From: Selaginella moellendorffii | Taxonomy: Eukaryota; Plantae; Lycopodiophyta | Direction: 5' to 3' | DNA: 64,000 nucleotides | NCBI RefSeq assembly: GCF_000143415.4 | Contig: NW_003314281.1 | Span: 732,833 to 796,832, forward strand | Shown here: piece after piece, positions 1-10,713 of the stretch | Numbering within the stretch: the stretch's first letter is position 1 | Layout of the letters: each line of letters begins with the position of its first letter | Made by a program: the position numbers and the translations under genes | Notes under the pieces: generated by a model | What the model was told of the DNA's origin: nothing | The model's database searches: none | Seen by the model: only the letters and a program-made list of their open reading frames with translations

Positions 1-210
1 CTCTCAGGGTGGTGTCGAGGATCTGGACATAGTTTTGCGGCAGAGATTGTTGCTCGCGAGTCGAGTGTGCGCGGCCATTTGCGGAGCTCCTGATTAGAGG
101 CTGGATCCCAGCTCTCCTCGACTGCCCAAGACTTGGTGCCGTGCCGCCAAGCATCATCGTGAATCTTCTCAAGGAATGTAAATACCTAAAGTAAAAGCAC
201 GTCATGACAA
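1..210 (-). pseudogene. 5' part of a third IPMS/MAM-like copy; continues left of the window
   Basis: Near-identical to 3990-4210, the region encoding ...NYVQILDTTLR plus its upstream flank. Confidence 0.75.
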
Positions 211-523
211 ACAATTTCCTGCTTTTTAAAGAGCGAGGTGACGTAGACGAGATAAATATTTCTTAGTTAAATGGTCTTCCCCTCTTATTTCTTCTCATGT
301 TTCTGTTGCATGAGCAGCCATTTTGTGTGCTTCTTCATTTTAGATGCTTTTGTGGTTTGTGGCTGTCCGAGTCTGTGCACCACCCATTCTGGCCTCCCTC
401 AGCCCAACTGAGAAGAGCCAATTGACCTTCGACGCGGAAGCTCTTCACTGGTCACGATCCTAGGCCCTCTTCTTTCGTTGCCAGGTCGTGTCATGGTATT
501 AGTTGTTGCAATGACGGGACTGC

Positions 524-567
524 ATTCTAGGAGGATTCTAGGAGGATTCTAGGAGGATTCTAGGAGC
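524..567. repeat. 11-bp tandem repeat (ATTCTAGGAGG) x4
   Basis: Directly visible; the last unit has one mismatch. Confidence 0.9.
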
Positions 568-1139
568 GAGCCATGGCTCCCAGGCGCTTGTTGTTGAGCA
601 CGGTGTCATGGGTTTTAGACATCATGGGGACTGAGCGCTTGTAGTTGTCTTCGGCAGTTGCCGGTTGCGCCTGTGAAGCCTTATCTTTTCCTCTTGCCCC
701 GTTTCTAGCAAGACTTCTTCTCTAAAAGCCCATCAACGGTGCAATGCCCTCTGAGCTCGTACTGTGTTCCTAGCAAAGGGTGTGGCCTTGAAACTGCTGC
801 CAGACAGTCTTAGCAAGCGAGTGGCAATGATCCACTTCAACAAATTTCATGCAAAAGTTTCCCAGATCGAATTGTGGTATTGTCCTTGAGAATTTAGGCT
901 TCAAATTTCAAATTTAAGAATTCAGAATTACATTACAAAAGTTTTTCTACAATGCACCCAGGTTGGACAGCTCTACTGTGTTGGAAATTCTTGCAGTCCC
1001 CTCCTCATAAACGCTCTGATTCGATAAAGCTTCAATCTGTCGTTGTTGTGGCTTTACAAGGGACAGGGACAGAGAGAGAGAGACAACACACCTACGCACG
1101 CACAGTTAGAGAGAGAGTTAGAGAGAGAGAGAGAGATAT

Positions 1140-1820
1140 TTTTAGGTCACCGTGGCACCAGTCTGGGGCGATGTTAGCGAGGATTTGTTGGCGTCGCTCA
1201 AGCATTGAAGGAAGGCTGCTCCCTGTCGACTCTATGGAGAGGAATCCCGCAAGCAAGGACGTGGTAGATTCTGGAAGGTATAGTTGCAGTCGTGTGTAGC
1301 CTGGGCAGCGAAAGATGGCATGTTCCACGTCCTCGATCTCCCTTTCACAGACTGGGCATCCCCAATCTCCCCAGGGGGTGGGGGACCGTCACCATGCTCC
1401 GATCACGCTATGGAGATTGTGCACTCTAGTCGGTATCTCGATAGCGTTTGCAGAGCGCATTTCCCGAGTGGGTTGTAGACTGAAGGCCCGATTGTTCGAG
1501 TGATGTTTACGTTGGTGAGATAGTATTGGAATTTTGTCTTGCAATCTGCACCATGAAGCCAGCCTGTAAATGCTAGGCTGATCCAGCTATCAAGGACAGT
1601 GGTAACTAGTTGCAGCATCCAGGTCGACTTTAAGTTTCTTTGTCCATCGCCTAGAGTCTTACCACCAGCCTGTGTTATGACTGTCTGCAAGTATGCATAG
1701 CAGTCCATATGGGAATCGGTTACAGAGACTCCATCATCAAGAAGTGGCGGTTGATGGCCTCGATGTCCGCTCACCCTTTGTCTGGTTGTCCTGGTGCCCA
1801 TGACACCCATGTAAGCACGA
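1140..1820 (-). mobile_element. Degenerate non-LTR (LINE) ORF2 C-terminal fragment
   Basis: Minus strand reads GDWGCPVCEREIEDVEHAIFRC, a C-x2-C...E...H-x3-C zf-RVT-like motif. It is preceded by RNLKSTWMLQLV, which resembles the post-RT 'NxALLxKWxWxL' segment. Confidence 0.5.
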
Positions 1821-1824
1821 AATT

Positions 1825-2349
1825 GCCCAAACCCAATGGCGGTAGCTCTGCAGCCTCGAAAATCTCGCACAAAACCTCTGGATTGGACATGTGGAGGAAA
1901 GGATTGCAATTCGATGTGATCCAAAGAGCATTGGAATGTCATGGCAGCCCAAGGATTTGGCACAGCGGTAGTGAGAACTTGCGAGGGTGTTTTGTTGAGC
2001 TTGTGTTTTATATGGATGTCCCCATTCATGGCTTGTCAGATGGCTCTCCAAGCAGTATCAATGTTGGATTTGACACAACGCGCAAGTCTGCAAATCACCT
2101 CCACTTCACCTTGGCCTTCTTCGTCTCGACCACGATGAGCTCCACTGCCCACGACTCCTGGGGCGATGTCTCGAGGAATCCTGCATCGTGATTCACGTCC
2201 ACTCGCAGCTTGGCCAGGTGCTTGGCACTGTCGAGCTTCTGCTGGATGGAGAAGCACACTCCCAAAGATTGTTCGCTGTCTCTAAGGGTGGTGCTGAGGA
2301 GCTGGACATAGTTTATGGGAAAGATTGGTGCCATGCCGCCAAGCATCAT
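1825..2349 (-). pseudogene. IPMS/MAM-like synthase pseudogene, copy A (truncated, frameshifted)
   Basis: YVQLLSTTLRDSEQSLG, QQKLD.AKHLAKLRVDV, VICRLARCVKSNIDTAWRAI and DIHIKHKLNKTPSQVL lie in different frames; paralogous to 3040-4155. Confidence 0.85.
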
Positions 2350-3039
2350 AAATCTTCTTAAGAAATGGAGTAGATGTCATGCTTTTTGAAGGGCAAGGCT
2401 TGTTGAGCCCAGAAGAAGGCGAAGAAGATACGACAGAAGGCGACAGTAAGCAGGCTCTGCTTCACTGGCTTTACGGCGGCAGCTGCGCGGCTTGCAAAGC
2501 TACGAGTTATTCTGCAAACGTCGAAGCTCTGGCGTCCGTCAAGAAAGCCCACCTTGACGGTTACCACGGATGGGCTCTCGGTGCATCGTGCGACGCAGAT
2601 ACGGGATGTGCGACGTCTGCCACATCAGCGACGAGGGTACCTGCCGGTGAGCCGTCTCCCCGGGCTCCAGGTTCCTTGTTGTCCCCAACGGAAGAAGCAT
2701 GCAAGCTTCTTCGTGCAAGCCCTTGTTCTGCAGACCGGGATGTTTTCATCTTCCAGCAGCCGCTGATCCGAGTGATCACCCACACAAAAGGCCTGCCAAT
2801 GACAAGTTTGATTTCGAGCAGCAGATCAAACCGTGGATGAAGCGAGCAGTCACAAGGATGATTCAGCCTCTGCGGGTGACCAAGGACGCGTACCAAGCGG
2901 TGACAAGTACAGCGAATTGCAAGACAGGCCCCATATGTCTGCCGTTTTTAGGGGGATCAAATCCATCATGCCAGCGAGTGAACAAGTAAGGAAAACTTCT
3001 TTCCTTTGTTATTGTACTGAACTAGCGTTAGATTGCTGC

Positions 3040-4155
3040 CCGAGAGTCTTCCACTAAGTACAAAGTTCCTTCCAAGAAACTTGGAGAGAACTTGTCAAGC
3101 TCTCTTACCGCTTGACTTGTTGGATATATGTGCTTGGTGTCAACCCCGTGTAAAGACCTTTCATGAGTGGATCTCTACTGCAGCACTTCACCGCCATCAC
3201 CACCTAGATCGCTCACGAGTGTCGACCAACCAATCAAAGTCTAACAGTTCTTCACAAATACCTCCTCGAGTGACGTGTTCCCAGCTCACTCTCCAATGCC
3301 ATTCATGGAGACTTCTAGCCCCGCAAGCGCTGCCGCGAGCGTGTTTGACGTGGTGAGGCCAAGATCATTGTGGCAATGACAGGAAATGGTTACTCCCTTG
3401 ATTCCCCGGTCCCCTGTTTCACCCGATTGACGAGGCTGGCGATCTCGGATGGAAACAAGTAACCAACAGTGTCTCCAATCCCAATGGTGGTAGCTCCGGC
3501 CTCGATTACGGCCTCGAAAATCTCGCACAGAAACTCTGGATCGGATCTGTGGAGGAAAGGATTGCAATTCGATGTGATCGAAAGAGCATTTGAATGGAAT
3601 TTATCTCCCAGAATCCTCAGCACCGAACTGGATGTCGTGGCAGCCCAGGGATTTGGCATAGGCCACCATCTCCGCGGCAGTGGCGAGAACTTGCGAGGGC
3701 GATTTGTTGAGCTTGTGCTTCATGTGGATGTCGCTGGTGGAAATGAAGGCCAGGATTCGCGGCTTGTGGGCGTATCGGATGGCTCTCCAAGCAGCATCAA
3801 TGTCAGATTTGACACAGCGCGCGAGTCCGCAAATCACTGGCACGTGTTGTTCTTCCTCGTCTGGACCACGATGCAGCAGATCTTCGCCTTGTTTGTAGCT
3901 CCCGACCTGGCGAGCGATGAGCTCCACTGCCCGCGACTCCTGAGGCGATGTCGAGCTTGTGCTGGATGGAGAAGCACACTCCCGGAGATCTCTCAGGGTG
4001 GTGTCGAGGATCTGGACATAGTTTTGCGGGAGAGATTGTTGCTCGCGAGTCGAGTGTGCGCGGCTGTAAATCTGGCTATTTGCAACTGTGGAGCTTCTCC
4101 TCGACTGCCTAAGACTTGGTGCCATGCCGCCAAGCATCATCGTGAATCTTCTCAA
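3040..4155 (-). pseudogene. IPMS/MAM-like synthase (DRE-TIM barrel) pseudogene, copy B
   Basis: [47 protein letters not shown]|[52 protein letters not shown]. Internal deletion after the DRE motif, a frameshift and a stop; no C-terminal regulatory domain visible. Confidence 0.9.
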
Positions 4156-5904
4156 GGAATGGAAACGGATAAAACTAGTAAATACCTAAAGTAAAAGAAT
4201 GTCATGACAACACAGGCAAAAAAACACCTTGGTTTATTGAGTGGGTAGAAATTACACCTTTTGCAAGTGATGAATCACATAAATTCTCACAACCACACTA
4301 TTGTAAAGCCTATGATAAAAGTAGATTATTGTATAGTAAATTATATGTAATATTTCAAATCCTTTAAAAATAAATTGCAATTTATCTTAATTCAAATTTT
4401 TCATTTTATATTTCATATATTTATTTCCTTAAACATATAATATGCATTCTAATAAAAAAATTTATTTTTAAAATTAAGAAAACATTATGAGTAAGATTTT
4501 AAAATATTGATATTATTATACTGTATGAGGTCCAGAGCCATATACTCACAACCCCAAAAAATATAAATATAAATCTTTAAATATAGTTAATATTTACATT
4601 TTATATATACTCTTTTTACTTACTTATGTAATTTACATTTTTTCTTTTTCTTTTTAAATTTTTTTAAATTTGTTTTATTAATTTTTATTAAAGTTTCAAT
4701 AGTAAATAACCTCTAAATGTATGATCTTGACATGATCACAAGTTTGTTAGTAGTCACATTTGAATTGTCCTTACACCTTCATATTACCTATGAGTTGCAC
4801 TTGCTCAGCTCCAAAAACAGTTCATAGTCAAAAGTTGAGTGCTACTGTTAAATCCAATCAAATAACATAGCTAGTGGTGTCCAAGTTTACTTCTTGAGTC
4901 ATCCAAATTGTTGGTTGCAGCGAAAATGTCTTCATTGTCACCATCATCTCGACGTTGACTTTTAAAATGTGCTGCCATACCACATAGAGGGGAATGTTTT
5001 GCTGACTCATGGATTTTCCAGCATTGTTGAGAACATTCATATAGTTAGTGGTGGTAGAACCCCAGAAAGGTTTGGATGCTGTTTTCTTTTGGCTCTTGTT
5101 TCCTTTTTGTGGCCACAGGGAAGTGGATTGCAAACAGGTCTATTGGACGATAGGTTTCTTGCTTGTTTGAGCCACCATTTTTTATGGATCTCATTTTGGG
5201 AGGTGTTTAATTTTATTTAACGTTTTTGTTAATGTCCAAAAAATTATGCATTGCTGACGTAGTTGAATTTGCTAAATGTGACATCATAGATGTTTTAGAA
5301 TATACAAGGAATTGCACCAAGAGCCCACCTTGGTCTAGATTGAAATTAATCCAACGGCTACCAAAATCTCATTACACTAATATTAGTATACGGCATCATA
5401 GCAATACACTTGCCCTCACAACTACAAATAAAGAACTTAATAAATTATTCTGAAGTAACTATTTTATTATCACAGTAAAATTATTCACTGAAACCATCTT
5501 TGACAACGGCTTCTTTCAGCCCTCTTCAATATCCACTCGTCCTTCTTCAAGAGCATTTTAAATAAAGCAGCAGCTGGCGAAGGAAGTATCAGCATTACAA
5601 TATCGTGACCATGCTGCTGATCAAGCTGGTGAATTGGTTGATCGTACGCAGAACCTTCAGCAGTCGAAGATTCAAAACTCTGGATTCGAACATACTTCGG
5701 CCATTTTACAAAACGATGGAGATCCTTCTTAGGTGGGCGTGCTTCGGCCTGCTTTCGAACAGAACATTCACAACCTTATGAACCTGAAGAGCAGCCTCAG
5801 CAAATGCAGCAAGTTGAACAAGGAAGCTACATACCTTTCTTGGCTTAGATGAGAACCAGCATTCGGCTTCCCACTTTGGAGCCTGTATTGCCTGTTCATA
5901 CCAT

Positions 5905-6250
5905 CGGAAGACGCTTTTGCAGTTTCGCCTTCCCAAACCCAAACCCAAAACCCCTAGCTCTGGAGTTTGTGACAAGGGCACGGCTGATCTCCACGAGCTT
6001 GCAAGCATGCAGCGCGGCACCATAGCAGGATTGGATCTGCGCGAAGATCAGTTTGCTTGCTGCCCAACTCAAGAGCTGCTCGGATTCCACATCGCTAGGT
6101 AGAGGCAGGACAATCCACGACTCCATCTTGCAGAGCAGCCACTACAGGAATCGCTACTTGACAAACAAGCTGGTCCAGATGTATGGCAGATGTGGAGATG
6201 TGGAACGAGCCAAAGCCGTGTTCGTGTTCGACCGCATTGTGAATCTGAAT
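5905..6250 (+). pseudogene. Truncated PLS-class PPR gene fragment
   Basis: LKSCSDSTSLGRGRTIH...LTNKLVQMYGRCGDVERAKAVF, after which homology is lost. Confidence 0.75.
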
Positions 6251-6929
6251 TTGAAAAAGAGAAACGCCCTTTATGATTTTTTCTGGGAGTTTGGGGTCAA
6301 GATCAGCCTGTTAGTGTGTACATTGTACGTAATTACGCAACAAATCAATCCAACATGAACCTGGATTAAGAAGTAAACAGCTCCCCTTTATGTTAACATT
6401 GCTGCTAGAATGTTTTGTTAATTGTTTTCGTTTTTGTGTCCTTAATGATCTACCTTTTGCTTCAGCTTGATTTAGGTTTCTTCAGGTTCGGATGCTTAGA
6501 GTTTTTTTCTGTGTATACGTACAATGTACATATCATCAGATGGCTAGAAAAACTCAAACCTTGAAATAGTAACGTATTAACAGTCTGTTTAGATTGTTGT
6601 ATGTGTTTTGGCTGTTATCTTGCTGTGAAAAATGAAGGATGTTAATTTGTCATGCTAAAAAACTGGAGGATGCTGATTTCTCCCTTGGTAATATAATAAG
6701 TTTGTTTTATACTATTCTGGTAGTGAGGCTGATGAACTGTACATTGTACATGAAGATTTCAGATGACAAAACCTCTGTAACTGTCCTCAACTAATGAGGA
6801 CAGAATATTTCTGGACAGCCCAAAGTTATGGTGCAGACTCAAGTTGGAGATGATCTCTTAGTCATTTTTCCAGAGCTGCTTCATGATAAGAGCTTGCAAG
6901 AGTTGGAGATTTTGGAGGTGGCCAGTGTC

Positions 6930-7058
6930 TTTGACTACTCCCCTTTGGATATCCAGGCCTCCAAAACTAAGTTTGACTACTCCCCTTTGGATATCCAGGC
7001 CTCCAAAACTAAGTTTGACTACTCCCCTTTGGATATCCAGGCCTCCAAAACTAAGTTT
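6930..7058 (+). repeat. Perfect 42-bp tandem repeat x3
   Basis: TTTGACTACTCCCCTTTGGATATCCAGGCCTCCAAAACTAAG x3; reads FDYSPLDIQASKTK. Confidence 0.95.
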
Positions 7059-8787
7059 ACAGACCTGCCATCATTGCCACCTTTTGAAGCTACACAGTTT
7101 TTGGAGTAGGGCATAGCATTGGTTTAGGAAGATCAAGACCTTAGCATGGTGCAAGATCTCCCCCCAATGGCCTTTTTCTTTTGCAATGAAGATCTAGCCC
7201 AAGTGTCAACACCAACTCCCCTGGCATTGTGTCTTACAATTTTGGATGCAAAAGACTAAGAGATCTAGCTGAACTTGGTAGAGGATAACATTGCAGATCC
7301 TTCTCCTTTATTTGGAGAAGTTTCCACTCCATAGTTTGTGGTTTATTTTGATGGAGCCTAGTGTCCACAATATCGACAAGGCAACATTGGTGTATGGATT
7401 ATCAACAATCAAGAGAAGTAGGCTCCAAGCTCTCCACACATTTGCCAGTCTCATCTACGAATGAGACTGAATACTTGGCCATGATCAATGCCATGCAATT
7501 GACAAAAGAACCCAAGCTCCACCATGTCCAATTCTTGGGAGATTTACAGTTAGTGACTTGCCAACTCAATAGTGAATACTAGGTTTGGCAAGGGTGCCTC
7601 AGAGACTTGTGGCAGTCGACAAACATCTTGAAGACACCACCTTCATCAGCATTCCTTGCAAGGATAATTTTTTGGGTTGATTAATTGTCACATGATGCAA
7701 TCATAACTGTATAGGAAGCCAAGAGCTTGGAATCCCAATATGTGGCCTCACTTTGGCTAAAATCCCAACCAAAATGGAGACTGAGACAAAGCCAGATCCT
7801 TGTTGCCAACAGATTTTCTTATCTAGAGACAAAGAACTATATCTATTTCTAGTGCTCTCAATGAGGAGGATGTGATATAGTTTATCGATTTACTCTAGAG
7901 CTTCAAGGATGTGTTTACATGGGACTCCCATGTGTTCCTATGGACACTCTTGTGCACAAGATCAAGTTCTTTAACAATTCAAATACATGCATGATATAAT
8001 CTATCTCTTCATCTTGCAGCCAAGGAAGAGGTCCAAAAGCTCTTGGCAGCAAGGTATATTGTGTCCATGGCTCATTCAAATTAGGTGTCCAAAATTATGC
8101 TGGTTTGAAAAGCCAATGGTAAATGTGGACTTCAAAGGATTACATATTGTGATCATATCTCAGACTCCATTTGTGGATGAGATCATCAATGAACTTGCTA
8201 GTTTCCCTTGTTATTCCTTCATGGATGGCTTCTCTAGGTATAACCAAATCATTGTGAATCCACTGGACAGAGATAAAATGTCATTTTGTACTCCTTGGGG
8301 GATCTTTGCTTATATATGATTCATTTTGGCTTTTCCAATGGTGGAGCAACTTTCCAATATCTTATGACATATGCATCTATGTAACATTGGCACAACTTTG
8401 TGGGTGTATATTGATGATCTTTGCTTAGCCTTACATTCCCTTCAACAGCATCTAGAGCACTTTTCTCTCATTGCTGATGACATTGTATTGTGTTAAATCC
8501 AAACAAATATAAATTTAAAGTATCCAAAGGTAAGTTGCAATCCCTCTCTATATAAACAAGTGTAAAGAGATCTCTTCATCCAAGCCACCAACTACTATGC
8601 ATTAGCTATGATGTTTTTTTGGGCAAACTAGCATTTTTTTTTTTTTTTGCAGTTTTTGCCCAATTCTAGAGCATCTTTGATAACTATAGTCCATAAGGAT
8701 GTTATTTTTGTGTGGGCTGATAATCACTAGGCTGTGTTTGAGTTATTTAGACAAATTTTTCAATTGACACTGATCTTGTAGCCATTG

Positions 8788-9287
8788 TGTAAACAACCAT
8801 AGAGAATGATTTGAGAAATGAGCTATGAGGTTCAAATATAAAAGAAAATGGCTCATAAATAAGAGTGGACTTTGTTTTCCAATCAATTAAGAGTTTTCAA
8901 ATATTTAGGGTTAAACATTCTTGGGTTTGAGTAGTATTAGGTTGGGTGATTTCTTAAGAAGTCTAAACTCAAAATCTTAGTATTAAAGGGGTCTTGAATC
9001 TGATTGTATTGGTTGGCTAGGGAAATCATACCAACTGTTGAGATTGACATTTTGTAGGTTTAGTTTGCACTAGTTAGGCTATTAACTTCTATTCATGAGG
9101 GTCTAAACTTGTAGAAAAATATAGTGGATTGTAGGCAATCAAAGAAAAAAGTTCAAGAGACAATCTATAAGAGTTTAAATATAGAGAGACAATTTATAAA
9201 AGTTTAAATATAAAGGGAAAAGGTTTATGAACGAAAATGCACCCCCTTTTTTCAATTGGTTAATGGTTTTGGGATATTTAAGGTTAA
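8788..9287 (+). mobile_element. Degenerate Cassandra TRIM copy (LTR, internal region, partial second LTR)
   Basis: Aligns by eye with the reverse complement of 10122-10713, including a decayed 5S segment at ~8908-8963. Confidence 0.8.
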
Positions 9288-10121
9288 TTTTCTTTAGGTT
9301 TGAATAATATTAGGTTGAATAACCTCTCAAATTCAAGAGATTTACACATTAATACACACATGGCCATTACAAAGTTGAAGAGGAAGTTTTTGGCATTTAT
9401 TATTGTTAGCGTAAGAATGATAAAACCCCATTCTATGTGATTTATTTTATACCTTGATTTTGAGAAAGAATGAGATGCAAGCATGTAATTGTCAAGGAAA
9501 GATTACATCATTTTCCAAGTTCAATTTAATATACTAACCTTCTTCTCCACAAGGTTTTATACACTTTAATTGTTTTGATCTAAAACTTTAATCTACAATT
9601 CTTTTTGAACATTACATATCTAAGTAAGGCTTTGGTTGCAGTTGCTCAACAAATATCTCTCATTTTAGCAAACTTTCAGAATATAATTACTTATATTCAT
9701 ACTAATAAGGCCCCTCTAAAGCTATCTTTGGAGTAGCACGCATAAAATTTTGTAGTTACACTTGTTTTAATAAAGTTCTTTATCAGTCTAACCTTTACTA
9801 CTTACTTGTGGCAATAGATTACTTCTCAAAATGGGAGAAAGTTATTATATTGTGCATAATAAATCATTTCTTAGTAAGGTGTTCAAGACTCTTATTAAAT
9901 CAATTTTTAGCATGTTTACAGTTGATCATCCTCAACATAGCATAGACACTTATCTACTACATTGTCAATATTTCATACCATATATAAGGTTAGTATTAAC
10001 ATAACTTTATTCTTTTATGTTTATAAGCAAAATATGATCCTTCCAATGGAAATTTAAATTTTGTCCATCCTTTTGTGTCACAATATGTGTTAGAGTTCTA
10101 GTTATTGGGGGAGGAGTAACT

Positions 10122-10713
10122 TGTAAGCTCCTGAGTTTGGACTTCCCGGGAGGTCACCCATCCCAGTACTATTCAAACCCAAGGACGCTTAACTCCAACT
10201 ATCCCAAGACCCTTAACCGATTAGAAAAGGGGGTGCACTCTTGTTCATGGGCCCTTTCCCTCTATATTTGAACCCCATGGACCGTCTCTCAAGTCGTTCC
10301 CTTTGGTTGCTTACAATCCACCACGCTTCCCTGCAAGTTCACGCCCTCGTGAACGGAAGCTGAGAGCTGCAGCTCTCCCGAGAGCCCCACTCTCTTGACA
10401 CCCTACCCCTCGGGTCGAGCCCAGCGGGAGCAAACTGGACCAGCCAGATGTCAATCAACATGTGGTGTGATTCCCTTAGCCAACCAACAGAGTCGGACCC
10501 GAGACGCTCCGATACCAAATGTAAGCTCCTGAGTTTGGACTTCCCGGGAGGTCACCCAGCCCAGTACTATTCAAACCCAAGGACGCTTAACCCCAAATAT
10601 CCCAAGACCCTTAACCGATTGGAAAAGGGGGTGCACTCTTATTCATGGGCCCTTTCCCTCTATATTTGAACCCCATGGACCGTCTCTCAAGTCGTTCCCT
10701 TTGGTTGCTTACA
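10122..10713 (-). mobile_element. Intact Cassandra-type TRIM (non-autonomous LTR element with 5S rRNA-derived segment)
   Basis: Two 194-bp LTRs (10122-10315, 10520-10713) with TGTAAG...CTTACA ends and 5 mismatches. Perfect TAACT TSD, tRNA-Met-type PBS TGGTATCGGAGC (10506-10517) and a PPT. The left LTR carries the 5S-like GTTAAGCGTCCTTGGG...TAGTACTGGGATGGGTGACCTCCCGGGAAGTCC (right LTR: GGCTGGGTG). Confidence 0.95.

Noticed and set aside
230-900. Moderately GC-rich stretch containing the 11-bp repeat
   Set aside because: No recognisable protein or TE motif in any frame.
2358-3000. ORF pieces (EQQIKPWMKRAVTRMIQPLRVTKDAYQAV) faintly like the C-terminal helical domain of PHD/RING proteins
   Set aside because: Too short and frameshifted to assign.
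4740-5900. Short ORFs that might be TE or gene debris
   Set aside because: No diagnostic motif recognised.
6930-7058. CRISPR-like appearance of the repeats
   Set aside because: Contiguous units with no spacers, in a eukaryotic context.
10139-10195. 5S rRNA gene
   Set aside because: Only the internal ~55 nt match and they lie inside LTRs, so this is the Cassandra segment, not an rRNA gene.
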